A stretch of 64,000 bases of DNA from Lytechinus pictus (lineage: Eukaryota): NCBI RefSeq assembly GCF_037042905.1, contig NC_087245.1, forward strand, positions 26,538,001 to 26,602,000. Reading direction: 5' to 3'. The stretch's first letter is position 1; every line of letters begins with the position of its first letter. Of the stretch, positions 42,222 to 55,131 are shown one piece after another. A program made the translations under genes and the position numbers. The notes beneath the pieces were generated by a model, which had not been told where the DNA came from, did not search any database, and worked only from the letters and a program-made list of their open reading frames with translations.

Positions 42222-42607
42222 ATTCATGAATAGGCCTATACCCAAACTTGATAAACAAGTTGATTTGTTTTATATTGTTCTGTACATGTGATAGACTGTT
42301 GTCACATAACATGGAAATACGTGTACCTGGACACCATTTCATAAACGTTTGCAGCACTATTCCTTGTCAATTGTCAAAGTAACTGCAAGAGGCCAGTCTT
42401 TCTCAACCAATCAACAATCTCAAATTCAGTCAGAGCTGACACTTGTTAGTATTGATGAAACACCCACAGATCTTCATTTTGAGTAAAATTCATATTCAGA
42501 GTACAACTCATAATTTCTGTTAAAGGTGTTCTCACATAATGTGTAGATGGGAAAAAAATAGTGAAATTAACAAAATTATGATTGGCCTAATTTGAATGAA
42601 TTTTCAG

Positions 42608-42797
42608 GTATCCCCTCATCAGAAGTGAAACAGCTCCAGAGCTTCTTCATCCTGCACGCAATATCCTGGACCACAGCAATGGTAGTGAAATACCCTTAGA
42701 ATGGGCCACATGGAGAGTTATCAACCTGAACATTCCTACTACCAGCTGGCTAGGTGATCCCAAAGGAAAGAAACCTGTTGTCTACTTCATCATTAAA
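42608..42797 (+). CDS. SNX19: SNX19-like exon 2 (start of PX domain: ...VINLNIPTT...KKPVVYFIIK)
   Basis: TTTTCAG acceptor, GTAAGG donor, open frame, phase 2 to 0. Confidence 0.8.
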
Positions 42798-43436
42798 GTA
42801 AGGCAACTTGTCATAGGGATCAATACCTGGTGGATGTTTCATTAAAGCTGTTTGTAAGTTGAGAGTGACTTTAAGAACGACTGGTGATTCTTTCATATGC
42901 GCTAAATAATCACTGATGAACAGGTAATGGTGAATATCATTTACCACAAGAAAGGATCACCAGTCTCTCTTAACTTACAAACAGCTTAATGAAACCGCTC
43001 CCAGGTGTGGTAAAAATGAGTTCAAACGGAATTCAATAAAATGATCATCCAAGTGGTGGTCTGTATGTAAATAAGAAGTATGTATTAAATATTTATGGAT
43101 GAAAATTCATAATTGCTGAGAAATAGAGAAATAAGCATGATATTCTAGCTAGAAAGTGTCCTTGTCCAAGAAATGATATTACATTGTCCCACTTGTGTTT
43201 TTCTCTATTGGCAATCTTCAGTGTGATTTTTTTCAGCTTAGATTTCACAATTTCATAAAGTTAGGTTCACGTAAATAAACCAGATCTTGATAAAGCTTGT
43301 AGTTCAGCAGACAGAGACTTTCTGAGACATCTTTAAAATCAAGATTAAGTGTCACCATACCATCATACTATATAGATCTGGTACACATCTTTGATTGTGA
43401 AGTATATTGTCAAGTTTTCTCTTTTGTTTTTTGCAG

Positions 43437-43587
43437 TATGATCTATTGAAAAAGCCTACATTGTCTGATGAAACGGAACCAGCGTACAGCAGCAAGGATG
43501 AGATGGAAGTCCAGAGGCGTTACAGGGAGTTTGTTAATCTGCACACTAGAATAACAAACAATCCTCATCTCAGGAGGAATATGACTG
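43437..43587 (+). CDS. SNX19: SNX19-like exon 3 (PX core VQRRYREFVNLHTRI)
   Basis: Canonical PX RRY.EF..LH motif; TTGCAG/GTGAGT splice sites; phase 0 to 1. Confidence 0.9.
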
Positions 43588-43793
43588 GTGAGTTCACTTT
43601 ATTTGGATTTTATCACATGGTTGATTATCATCTGCAAAAGACACAATCCAGTTCTTAGATAGTATTTACATAAATTTAAAAAAAAAGTTCATGAATCAGA
43701 AACCATGTCCATGATACTATCGATTCCATTTCAGCAGTTGTCCAACCAAGCCCCATCCATTTGAGTTATACTATATTCATTGTTGCCTCTAAT

Positions 43794-44011
43794 GGGGTGT
43801 TGCAAGAAACTTGCGATCAATCGCAAGTCTATTTTTGGTCCCTAAATCAATTATATGTCTTGCAGTTAATTGCAAATTAGTGATTAATTGCTAATCTGCT
43901 CCTTGAAACAAGAAGTTTAATCTGATTTGCTACAGCTAACATTGATCTATCAGTTGTAAAAATGCAACAGAATATTTGTAATTGATCGCAGCTATTTTCT
44001 TGCAACACCCC
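43794..44011. mobile_element. Short MITE; similar TIR elements at ~42828-43004 and ~46929-47216
   Basis: TIR GGGGTGTTGCAAGAAA / TTTCTTGCAACACCCC. Confidence 0.7.
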
Positions 44012-44648
44012 CTGCTTCCAATAGGCATCTTTGGGGAATATGATGAGCTCAACTGATGTTTCCTCTTCATCTTAGCATTAAGGTATACCACCAAAGAATC
44101 TCCTAAGTGATTTTTTTTTTTTGTGTGTGGATGAAATTTACTTCCACCTGAGGTTCAATGGTTTACTGATCATAAGTGACATGTTTAAGTGTAAACCGTA
44201 GTCATATGCCCACAGCACTGAAAAGCTGAAAAGATATCACATGAATATCAAATGAGAGTCATGAGTCAAATGAGTTCAACTTAACAACATTTATTTTAGT
44301 TTATATTCAGCAACTGATTTTTTCTTACTAGAAGGAACTAATTAGTTGTGGATGGTTACTAAGAATCAGCTATGTGATGAAAATTGATTAACATCAAATA
44401 GTTCCTCAACAGAGCAAACAAAGAAAATGATTGATTAATAAAATTATTTTAACCAAACTCTTGATGAATTTAAGAATATGATTATGAATCACATCGGACT
44501 TTTCCCCATTAATACTGCAAAAGTTTGCATCTGATTTCAATATCATGTTGTTAATTCAAGTTCAAAGAACATTATAAACAGTGTGCATCAAAATGTTAAA
44601 TCCCTACTGAAAAGTATTATAATGTTACTGGTTATTTTTGTTAATCAG

Positions 44649-44746
44649 GCATTGGAAACATTCCTAAGCAGTCAATGTTGCCAATCAGTAGACTAAGCCC
44701 CGCCATGGAGGAACAGAAGAGATCCTCATTGGAAACATACCTCAAG
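44649..44746 (+). CDS. SNX19: SNX19-like exon 4 (PX: EEQKRSSLETYLK)
   Basis: AG/GTAAGA splice sites; phase 1 to 0; PX R...LE.YL helix. Confidence 0.85.
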
Positions 44747-45109
44747 GTAAGAGTGTTCAAAAGTCTTTTGGATGCATTTTTTTTACTTGGATGTTTTGAA
44801 ATTAAAAACAATTTTGTATAAATGCTTTGTGTTTGTTGAATATCCATTTAAGACTGAAGCCTAACTCACAACAATAACCTCAGGGCCCATCAGGGCCACT
44901 TGACTATATCCATGTGCTGAGCTTTCATTCAAAACCCAAGTCTAGCTCAACAGATTGACCTCAGGCCCAATTGTACCACCTGATGATATCCATGACCACC
45001 CCTATAACATTATAAATCTTCAAATAGAGTCTATCAGATGTTGATGATAATACTAAGTGCTTCTATTACTTCTAAAAAAAATGTTATTACTACATGTACT
45101 TTAACTTTT

Positions 45110-45372
45110 GTCAACTACTACTCCTACTCCTAACTTATCCTCTTCGTCCTTCCTCCTCCTCCTTCTCCTAGTACTACTATTTCTAATAATGCTGCTGCTG
45201 CTGCTACTGCTACTACTACTACTACTACTACCACCACTACTGCTACTTCCACTACTACTCCTACTGCTGCTACTACTACTGATATGCTACTACTACTGTA
45301 TACTAATACTTCTACTGTGTACTAAGTATACTACAACATATACTACTATTACTACTACTACGTATACTACAA
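45110..45372. repeat. (CTA/CTG)n degenerate trinucleotide microsatellite
   Basis: Seen directly in the sequence. Confidence 0.9.
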
Positions 45373-45415
45373 CATGATGTATAATTTTACATGTATCTTG
45401 TTTTCACTTTCACAG

Positions 45416-45538
45416 CAATTATTGAGTCGTCCTGTCATTCACAACAGTAGAGAGATGGCTGAGTTCTTGGCCATCGATGGAGATGGTCATATAGAGTTTG
45501 TGAAGAAAACTACCAATAAACCTCTAAGAATCGATAAG
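45416..45538 (+). CDS. SNX19: SNX19-like exon 5 (QLLSRPVIHNSREMAEFLAIDGDGHIEFVKK...RIDK)
   Basis: Resembles the SNX19 PX end as I recall it (S.EV.EFLA.....I.FVKK....RIDK); CACAG/GTAAGC splice sites; phase 0 to 0. Confidence 0.9.
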
Positions 45539-46010
45539 GTAAGCATTCACACCAACATAGCCGAGTTCAGGGGGGACATTTTCATGGAACAAATTGTCCG
45601 TGATTTTCATTGACTGTTATAAGCTACTGCAAATCCTTGCATCTGATTGGCTGAGATCAAATTAGTCTGAAATTCTCTGACAAAACTTTTTGTGAAGTGC
45701 TCACCGGGGGAACATTTCATTAATATTGGTTTTCTGACAAAACAAAACCAAAACAAAACTTTTTTATTAAAAGTGTATCCTTTGCGGAAAAAGGGCGAGA
45801 AAGGGCGCCACGGCCAAATTAAATTAAAAACAAGCATTATCGAATGGCCATGTTAAATCTTAAGTAAAAAATGGAGGGGCATCGCTGCCATGAAGAAGGG
45901 TGCTAACAGCCATAGCCACCAGTTTGCCATCTGCTAATCTAGGCCTTTTAGTAGTAGAAGTAGTAGTATGATCATTATTGAATGGCTATATTCTCTGTTG
46001 TTTTCTGCAG

Positions 46011-46301
46011 CTTCTGATCAATCAGGTATCGGGCATCGTTGGTACAATAAAAACCATCCTACCTGAACGACCAGTGATGATGCGGCCCTTCCAACCACAG
46101 CCAACAACAGCTTCCTCATTGGCAACCTCTGCCCATGTGGACCCACCAAGGCAAGTGATGCAGTCATATGACCAGAGTGGACCAGTGACAGAAGAGATTG
46201 AGGTATCAAGACAGCCTCTGGAAGGAGAGGACCAATTGGATCTTGGTGTAGCAGTTGATGCATCAAGGATCAGACTCTTTGGCTTGGATGATATAAAAGA
46301 G
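46011..46301 (+). CDS. SNX19: SNX19-like exon 6 (LLINQVSGIVGTIKTILP...)
   Basis: Acceptor TTTTCTGCAG, donor GAG|GTCAGA; phase 0 to 0. Confidence 0.8.
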
Positions 46302-46387
46302 GTCAGATTTAGTTACTATAGAAACTGAGGGGTGTTTTACAAAGATTTAAGTATGAGTTAGAGTTGCATTTAAATGCTGATGCGTAA

Positions 46388-46657
46388 AATAATGATAATA
46401 ATAACAGTCAGTTCTTGTATAGCGCATAACACATTATGAATAACGTCTCTATGCGCTTCAAAAAGGACTTGGATATTATTACCCCAGCTGTAGCTCAATC
46501 AGCCTTCAAGGGCTCAGTGCATTTCAAGGAATCAATTCCTGCCAGGTACATTCGAATACCTCACCTGGGTTGAGTGCAGCACAATGTGTATAAATTTCCT
46601 GCTGAAGGAAACTATGCCATGGCTGGGATTTGAATTCATGACCCTCTGTTTCAAAGT
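46388..46657 (-). mobile_element. tRNA-derived SINE (5'-truncated)
   Basis: Same core (CACCTGGGTTGAGTGCAGCACAATGTG...GCTGAAGGAAA) as the copies at 13964 and 50184. Confidence 0.75.
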
Positions 46658-48193
46658 CTAAGGTTTAAAGTTTAGGGTTCACTCAAACATGAAATGTACA
46701 CACTATTGTGTGATCTTGTTGAAACATCCAAGCAGTCTGGAAAAATGGTGTCAAAGATGCTCTTGTATTTCGTTGTTATACAATTTCAAATTTCGGCAGA
46801 ATGAAGAAAAAGAATTACTGTTTCAGATAAGCACATTTTCAAGTGTTTACTTTCTGAAGATTAAAACCAAATTACTATTTGGGTTATTTTCAGAGATCCT
46901 TCTCTGGCCACTTATTGGTGGGACATCTGGGCCCCGTCTTACAAAGAGTTGCGATTGATCTCATCAATCGTACCTCTATGGAAATCTATCAGTGTCATAA
47001 TTTTTTTGCAGGAAATTTGCACAATGTTACCTTTGTTTACAAAGGACATTGTGCAAATTTCCTGCAAAAAAATTTTTTAAGACAACAATGAATGCATGAA
47101 TATACATCATAGTTAGAAAATATTTTTGAACAAACATGCATGATAGATGTTTATGTTGCTGGCCATCCATAGTTGTGGTTGATTGGATCGATCGCAACTC
47201 TTAGTAAGACGGCCCTTGTCACAATTGCATATGCATCATTTTATCTGGCAGTATGCCTTAACATTGCTCCTTCGCATATGATGAAGGAACCATTTGATAA
47301 AATCAACTTCAAACTTTTCAAATTACCACTTTTTAGGTAGTGATCAAATAAGTTTTGTGATATCAAGCTCAGATGAAAACATAAGTTCACAGAGGTAATT
47401 CCACACCTAGAATCTGAGTTTGTAGAGAACTAAAGAACAAAATGATGGACCAATTTTAAGCTTTGCTCATGTATGCATAATGGTCTGAAAGTGAACTGTA
47501 ATACAAAATTGAATTTGGGTTTTCTCATGGTTTACTGAAGAACCATTGAATAACTTCAAACTTTCTTCCTGTATGCATGTAATTGATGATGATCTAATCA
47601 GATATTAAGTTCATGGGTCAAAGGTCTAATCAGATTTTAAGGCCATGGGTCAAAAGTGATTCAGGTCAATCACAAAGAAAGCTCATTCTCACAATAACTT
47701 AATAGCTCCAAGAAACAACAAACTCCATCATGTATGCAAATTTCATAAAATATGAACATCCGACCCTCCTATATGTGGGACCTTCATGAAATTTTCTGTC
47801 TCTGATTTCTTGTTCTATTGACAGTCTGTAATGTTCTCAAAGGACCTTGACTTGGTCGGTTTATGAAGTGAAGTAAGACTTGAGAAAGATGGGGGTTGGA
47901 CGTACAAAAAGGTTGATCATTTCATGGAATTGCCCGTAAAGGAGGGTTCCATGGCGTGCTCCGGCGACAATTGCTACGCTGTATTAAAATTCAATCTACT
48001 GATTGAATGACCAACTTCAACCCTTGATTTAACACTATACCCTATCCTAAACCTAACATAAAACCCTATTGCAACCCTGGCCCTAACTCTATATCTTATA
48101 AGAAATAAATCCTGGAGCAATTGTTTCCGGAGCAAATGTCATGTCACCTAAAGGAGTGATGATGGGGAGGGGGGGAGATAGAGAGATATAAAT

Positions 48194-49012
48194 GAAGAGT
48201 TTAGTTGCAAAAGGGGTTAGGTCCACTTTTTACCATTCCGAGAAAAACCATGTTTTTTATTCTCACTTACTGCATTACTCTTGATGTACTACCCTATCAT
48301 GTGAACATAAAATTGGGTATAAAAGAAATCTACCTGTCTTCATTTTTTTTCTATATATTATTTTGAAAATTATCATTGTGGACCTAACCCCTTTTGTAAC
48401 TAAACTGAAATGAATCCAATCTATTTTTATTAAGAAAGTGATTTTTCTTTGCCACTTTTATTCACGTTTTCATGTGAATTTCAAATTTTTGTTGTTTTCA
48501 TCAGAAACACTAAAAATATAGAGGTTTTGAGACAGTAAACAATAAAAAATTATGAACAATGGACCTAACCCCTTTTGACAAATGAGCTATTCAGAATAGT
48601 TTGTTTGCAAAAGGGGTTAGGTCCACTCTCCAATATTGCAATATTCTTATGCGAAACTTAATTGCAATATTGCAATATTCTTATGCGAAATTAAATTTTT
48701 ATGATACCCTACCATGAGAACATAAAATTGGGTATAAAAGAAATCTACCTGTCTTCATATTTTTTAAAATATTCTTTTCCAAAAAAAATTTGCGTGGACC
48801 TAACCCCTTTTGCAACAAAACTGAAATAGACCTAATAACCCCTTTTGAAAAAAAAAGTGATTTTTCTTTGCCATTTTAGATCACTTTTTAATGGGAATTT
48901 CAACTTTTCTTTGGTATCATCTTATAGAGCTACTAAAAATCTATACATTGAGACAAAAAAAAATCAAATTTGATGAAAAATGGACCTAACCCCTTTTGCA
49001 AGTGAGCTCTTC
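48194..49012. mobile_element. Head-to-tail dimer of a ~400-bp TIR element with 4-bp TSD AAAT
   Basis: Units 48194-48592 and 48594-49012, each bounded by ...GCAAAAGGGGTTAGGTCCA / TGGACCTAACCCCTTTTG...; AAAT flanks only the outer ends. Confidence 0.8.
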
Positions 49013-49374
49013 AAATACTAACACCTCTTTATATAGTTTGTTGTAGACTTGCAGATACAAATGAACATTTGATTGTATCTTCTGTTATGGGGTACCAATT
49101 CTATATTGAAACTATTTGAAATTTTAGAAATTATGTGTGTATTTTAGATCTCATAGTGGCGAAGGCATCATCTTCTACCTGATGCAGTCGAGAATCCATT
49201 AATTTCTCTCTATGTTTTTGTGGGAGTGTTTGATGTTTTTGAAGCTATAGGTTGAGAAGAAAAGGTAGAGCTTCTGAACATCTGAACTTGAAAGTATAGC
49301 TTTTGCATTCTGAATGACAAATGAATAAGAAGGGACAAAATTCTGAAGTCTTTGATATTTGTTTTAAAAATCAG

Positions 49375-49700
49375 TCCCATGTACAACAGGCCATGAAGCT
49401 CCTGATCAGTGAGAAACACTCCCAGTTCAGCCAACATGCACCATCGGGCGATCCACCTAAAGAATACAGCAAGGTGCTTCTTGGGCCCAGGTCAGAAGGC
49501 GATGGATCAGATGCTCCCAATGAACCCCATAACGAAGGGTCAAAGGTTAAGAAGGATCAGGAGAGGTCAGAGGTCAATGTAGAGGTTTATGAAGCTATCT
49601 TTGGGGTAATGAGTGAAGCTCTTCTGAATCAGCAGAGTTTTATCCTGGACAAGGACCTACGTGGGACCCTGAAGATTGTCATAGGAGACCTGATTGATAA
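49375..49700 (+). CDS. SNX19: SNX19-like exon 7 (start of PXC/Nexin_C: EAIFGVMSEALL...LKIVIGDLIDK); gene continues beyond the window
   Basis: In frame with exon 6; donor AA|GTGAGT (phase 2). The seven exons total 2966 nt (~988 aa) with no stop. Confidence 0.75.
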
Positions 49701-50084
49701 GTGAGTTCATTCTATTCTGGATTCCTAACATGGTTTATAATCAAAATTTATGTAATGGTCAAGTCCACCCCAACAACAGGTTGATTTGAGAAAAATTGAA
49801 AATCTAAAGTGAAAGAAGCGTAGCAATGGAAAACTTTTTTTAAATATTTGCTGTAAAAAGAGAAAACTATTTTTTTAATTGTTAGCATGTCATTTTCAAA
49901 AGCCAAATTTGCAGTATGTATGCAGAATTTATTCATTTCCTGTGGCCAGATATTTGTGTAGTTTCAGTGTGTTGTCAAGCACTTCTGTAATTATGCTGCA
50001 TTTACTGTAAGGGCACTTTAATAGAAACTTCCGATAAAGAGGCATTAGTACGGAGCCCGGGAAGAGACGTGGTAAAAATATTTT

Positions 50085-50630
50085 TATCTCGTTAAAACGA
50101 GATAGTTATCTCGTTTTAATGAGATAGTATCTCGTTAAAACGACATAGTATCTCGTTTTAATGAGATAGTTATCTCGTTTTAATAATAATAATAATAATA
50201 ATAGTTGGATTTATAAAGCGCTTTTTGCCAGAGGATACAAAGCGCTGCTATTATTACCCCGGCTTTAGCTCGAGCTACCATCACCGGCGCTCAGTGCATG
50301 CAAGGAATTACTCCTGCCGGGTACCCATTCACCTCACCTGGGTCGAGTGCAGCACAGTGTGGATAAATTTCTTGCTGAAGGAAAATACGCCATGGCTACG
50401 ATTCGAACACACGACCCTCTGTTTCAAAGGCGAGAGTCAGAACCACTAGACCACGACGCACCCACTGAGATAGTATCTCGTTTTAATGAGATAGTATCTC
50501 GTTAAAACGACATAGTATCTCGTTAAAACGAGATAGTTATCTCGTTTTAATGAGATAGTATCTCGTTAAAACGACATCGTATCTCGTTTTAATGAGATAG
50601 TTATCTCGTTTTAATGAGATAGTATCTCGT
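50085..50630. repeat. Subterminal array of 21-22 bp palindromic units TATCTCGTT(AA/TT)AA(C/T)GAGATA
   Basis: About 12 tandem units, interrupted by a SINE. Confidence 0.9.
50184..50465 (-). mobile_element. Full-length tRNA-derived SINE nested in the subterminal array
   Basis: Splits a repeat unit (TTTTAA|TGAGATAG); has an (AAT)n tail, the shared core and a tRNA-like head. Confidence 0.88.
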
Positions 50631-53600
50631 ATAAGTCCATTGCATACTGGAACCGGGTGGTCCCTGTATTAAGCCTATGGGAGTGAGAGAATTCAGTAGT
50701 CCACGGGTTAACAACATAATACCCGCGAGGCTAGACTAGACTGCGCGCGCTGGCGCTAGCGCGCTCGCTGCTTAATGCAGTAATAGCGTATATAGCCAGG
50801 CAGCCATGCCATGCCAGGCCTTGTACGTATGTACTACTAAGTTACGTCTACGGTAGATCGACTGAATTCAACCAGAAGTTGCCGGTTGCAATCGCGAGGA
50901 TTGAAGGTTAGTTCACTTCTTTTACTTATTTATGGCCGGGTCATTCAATGTAAAAGTGAACAAACAGCTAATTTAACAGATTTGCTCTTTTTCGCGATCA
51001 GTTCTAGATCTGTGTAACGTTAATTTTAAGACTGCTCAATTAGCAGACTGCAGTCCCCATCGGAAGCGCCCTGTTCTGGGGCCCGACGCTTCAGGCTCTC
51101 CGCGGTCTGGGTCTGGGACCCTGGCCTTGGGCTTGGCCTGCTGGGAAGGCTGTGGTCATTTTGCAAGCTAGAGACAAAGTAAACTAGATCTAGACGTTAC
51201 TTTTTTACGTGCTCGCATTGCAGTAGAAGTGTGGAATTTTCGTATGTATAGATCTAGACTAGTCTAGATATACGAGGAAAAAGCAAGCAAATGTCAGAAT
51301 TGTAAAAAAAAAAAAAACCCTCATATTCCACGGCTATTGATGTCTAGTGTGTAGAGTCTAGATCTAGATTCAACTATGCAATATGCAATACACCGCAACT
51401 TAGTATAGATCTAGATCTATTTCAGCGGCGCGGCAGATCCAGGATTTTTCAAAAGGGAGGGCCGAAGTTGGACCGAAATATCAGCCTCTATTTGGCGTTG
51501 ACGGTTGGATCCGCTGAGATTGCATATCTGGCTTCTCTAAATGCCTCTGAGCTCTGTCATTTTGTCAAAAGAATGCCCCCAGAAAGATGGTTATTCCTGT
51601 CTAGGCCGAAGTCTGCTCAGCCTCAGGGCCTCATCAGGCACCAGAAAAATTCGCTGACCAGTGAAAAAAGTGGAAAAAATGATCCTTAGCTTTTTCAAGT
51701 GTCTGTTTAGATCTAGTCTAGATCTACCCAAAATATTCCTTGACAAGCAAACAAAAAGGAGAAGGGGAGGGCCATGGCCGATTCCCCCCCCCCCCCTTGA
51801 TTCCGCCACAGTCTAGATTCTATGACTATGTTGTTCAAATTATTTGCTAGGTACCAGTTTACTAGTAGGTTTATTGTCACCCTTAGTCCTTACACTTCTA
51901 GCCATGTAATAACATTAACAGTAACTGGGATTTTGTCAAAATGTTTACATTTACGTATCTAGAGGCTAATAAAAAAACATCAGTGCAACACTGTTGAGTA
52001 TGTTGAAGCACTAAAAATAGAGGATTTATTTATTTAATAAATTTACTGTCTTCATATTAACTTTCATTGCTAACATGTTGAGCTATTTGATAAAATTATT
52101 TTTTCATTTTTGTTTTCTCAGTAAATTTACAATATTTTAATGTTTAAATGTTGCTGAAATAGTTACTTGACAAATGCAAAGTAAGATTAATAAACAAAAA
52201 CCAGTGTGCATGAAAAGTTTATTTAACCAGTTCTTTGGGGGGAAAAACACTGTTGCCTGTGCGTTTTAGATAGGTAGCCTATACACCATGGGGCTAACGT
52301 AGTGAGCCCCATGCCTGCAGGGGTGGTTTATTGTACTAGTAACTACGAGTGTAGAAAATCAATAAGTTTTGAAATATTATAAATAAGGACTAGACCTAGA
52401 CTGCATGCATGGCTGGAATACTCCCCCAGGGAGTGGAGAATGTGCATACATTGTGTGCGGGCAATCCTGATTGAATCCGATGACCGGGGACGGGCTAATA
52501 ATAATCTGTAAACTGCTTAGATACATTATTAATGTCTTACTCTTAAGCACTATAAAAAAGTGGATTATTATTATTATTGATTGTGTTTTCAATATTTTAA
52601 TTTTGTATTCATTGTATTTCTTCAGTAACTTAATGCCTGGCTAAAACATCGACAAACTTAAACTAATGTCATACATAAGTGTTAATACATGTGTAGGATC
52701 TACATCTATATAAGTTAGTTGGGAGTAGACTCTAGACCCTATATCATACATGTATGTATATGGTCCATCCATGCATGGACCACATACTCATCTCCCATCT
52801 TCCAAAAAAGAATAGCTAATGATTTTGGTAACAAAAAAATTGCCTCACTAATCATCACTGCTTCTTTGTTTTCTGTCTTCAGCGTGTTCTTCGGCAACAC
52901 TGAGGCAGCATTTGAGAAGAAATATCCCTCAGGCTCAGCTCACCAATTGAAGGACAAGGACAAGGGTTCTATCCAGAGTTTCCAAGTAAGATAATTCCTC
53001 TTATAATCCTATTCAGTGTAAGTGTTAAAAAAAGAAACTGAATTGAAATAAGAAATTAAATTAGATAGAAGAATAGGCAGCAAGATGAGGGGTAATGGAA
53101 TGTAAGTTCTAGGAAAAAGTTTTGAAAACACTTGTAACGATTTCTGGATCTGGATGTATACGATGCTGAACCAGTTGGTATATGATTGCAGCAGATGAGA
53201 GAGGGCGCAAAGAATAGATAGTTGAATCGTAGGTGGCTCTTCTCAATCTTAGACTTGAACACCTTTGATGATGGACAGACTATTGATTACTTATTAGAGT
53301 ACAGACTCAGTAATTTTGAATCCAAAGGACCTGTAGATGGTACGTACTGAACTGATAGACTCTTAGAGCTGTAGCGTACCTTTAGGATAGACCTAAACAA
53401 TCCAATTTTCTGGGCATTAGTTGGCACATAACCTTATTCTTGAAACTTATGACCTAATTCTTGTGCAGCCCTGATATGGGTATTAATTGCACAGGTCACT
53501 TACTGACTTTTTCTTAAATTCTCTTTTTAGGCACAATTTTTGTAGGGTGTTTTCTGCAGCTGTGACCCATGCATACACACCCTAGCCTCCAGCACAGCAT

Positions 53601-54302
53601 TGACCACCCAGCTAATCTCATTCAGGTATGACTTTCTGGGATTGATTTGAAGCTCAATGAACAGAAGGCTCAAGATTAGCTATTGTCACCTTCAACAGGG
53701 GTGGGTTCATTAGGATCAGGGGTGGGGGCTAAATGGAAAAGGGAACAGATTTATCAATTTTTTTACATGTTGGCCTTGAGGTGTAGATGTGCAAGAAACT
53801 TTTTTAAGAATGGGGGAAAATGTGTTGCCATGGTAACGACATATTATGCCAACAATTGAGGGGAAAATGCATTTTCAAATTAAACTTGGCACACATGTTT
53901 GCTTTGAAGTGTAGATGTGTAGGACACATTTTGGGACAGTGACAGAATGTGTGTTGCCATGGTAACGGCATATTATTCCAAAAACTGAAAAACAAAACAT
54001 ACTGTGACGCAATGAATAACTGCGCGGGGCGGGGGTATTAATCACCTTCAGTGATATTTCTAGTTATTATTATGATTATTATGAGTATGACTAAAATGTT
54101 ATTATTTTACTAATAGCATTATTGTTATATTGTTATAATATTTTGTTATTTTTTATCTTTCTAGGTTCCTTCATACATATGCTCTGGCACATCGACATCA
54201 GATTGATTTCCAATAGTCGGTTGACTTGGTGGGAAAGCTTAGAACTAATCAAAGCCAAGATCAGCATTAGCATCAGCGTCAGCATTCCACTGAACACAGT
54301 CA

Positions 54303-55124
54303 ATGGCTGGCCGTGATCATTTGATCAGTTTGTACTTTAACCTGGGAATGTCCTATAAGGAAATCATTTATATCTTAGCACAAGAACATGGCATAGAACT
54401 TAGTGAAAGACATCTCAAGAGGATATTAGCTCTGAATAACTTTCGTCGCCGACATTACACTAACTTAGCTGATGTGGTACAGTTTATTGAGCATGAGCTT
54501 CAAGGGTCAGGTCAGTTGCACGGATACCGCATGATGCATGCTAAATGCAGACAGAATGGTATGCATGTGAGAAAGGAGGATGTTCGTGTCATTTTAAAGT
54601 ATCTGGATCCAGAAGGCGTAGCAGCCAGAACAGCTAGACGACTAACCAGACGTTCTTACTTTGCTAAAGGACCAAATCATGTGTGGCACGTTGATGGATA
54701 TGATAAACTAAAGCCGTTTGGATTATGCATCAGTGGATGCATAGATGGCTATTCACGAAAAGTAATGTGGTTGAATGTGTATAATACAAACAATGATCCA
54801 AAATTAGTAGGAGGATACTTCTTGGAAACTGTTATGGAATGTGGTGGCTTCCCTTGCAAAGTTCGTGCTGATCGTGGCACCGAAAATGGACACATTTGTG
54901 CCTTTCAAAACTTCTTTCATCATAATTATGACTTAGAACGAAGAGTGTACATCGAAGGATCAAGCACTAGCAATCAAAGGATTGAATACTGGTGGGCATT
55001 TTTGCGGAAGGAATGTACACATTTTTGGATTGAGACCTTCAGAAGGCTGTCAGACAGAGGGGACTTCACTGGAGACTTTCTAGACAAGAATCTTGTTCAG
55101 TTCTGTTTCATGAGCATTCTACAG
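54303..55124 (+). CDS. DDE integrase-core transposase, exon 1 (Clr5/HTH-like N-terminus, catalytic D131, D190, E228)
   Basis: Motifs WHVDGYDKLKPFG..ISGCIDGYSR, VRADRGTEN and SNQRIEYWW; donor CAG|GTGAGC, phase 0. Confidence 0.9.
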
Positions 55125-55131
55125 GTGAGCA

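Noticed and set aside
50085..50630. Palindromic array as a CRISPR-like locus with a 'spacer'
   Set aside because: The units abut directly, and the only insert is a multi-copy SINE.
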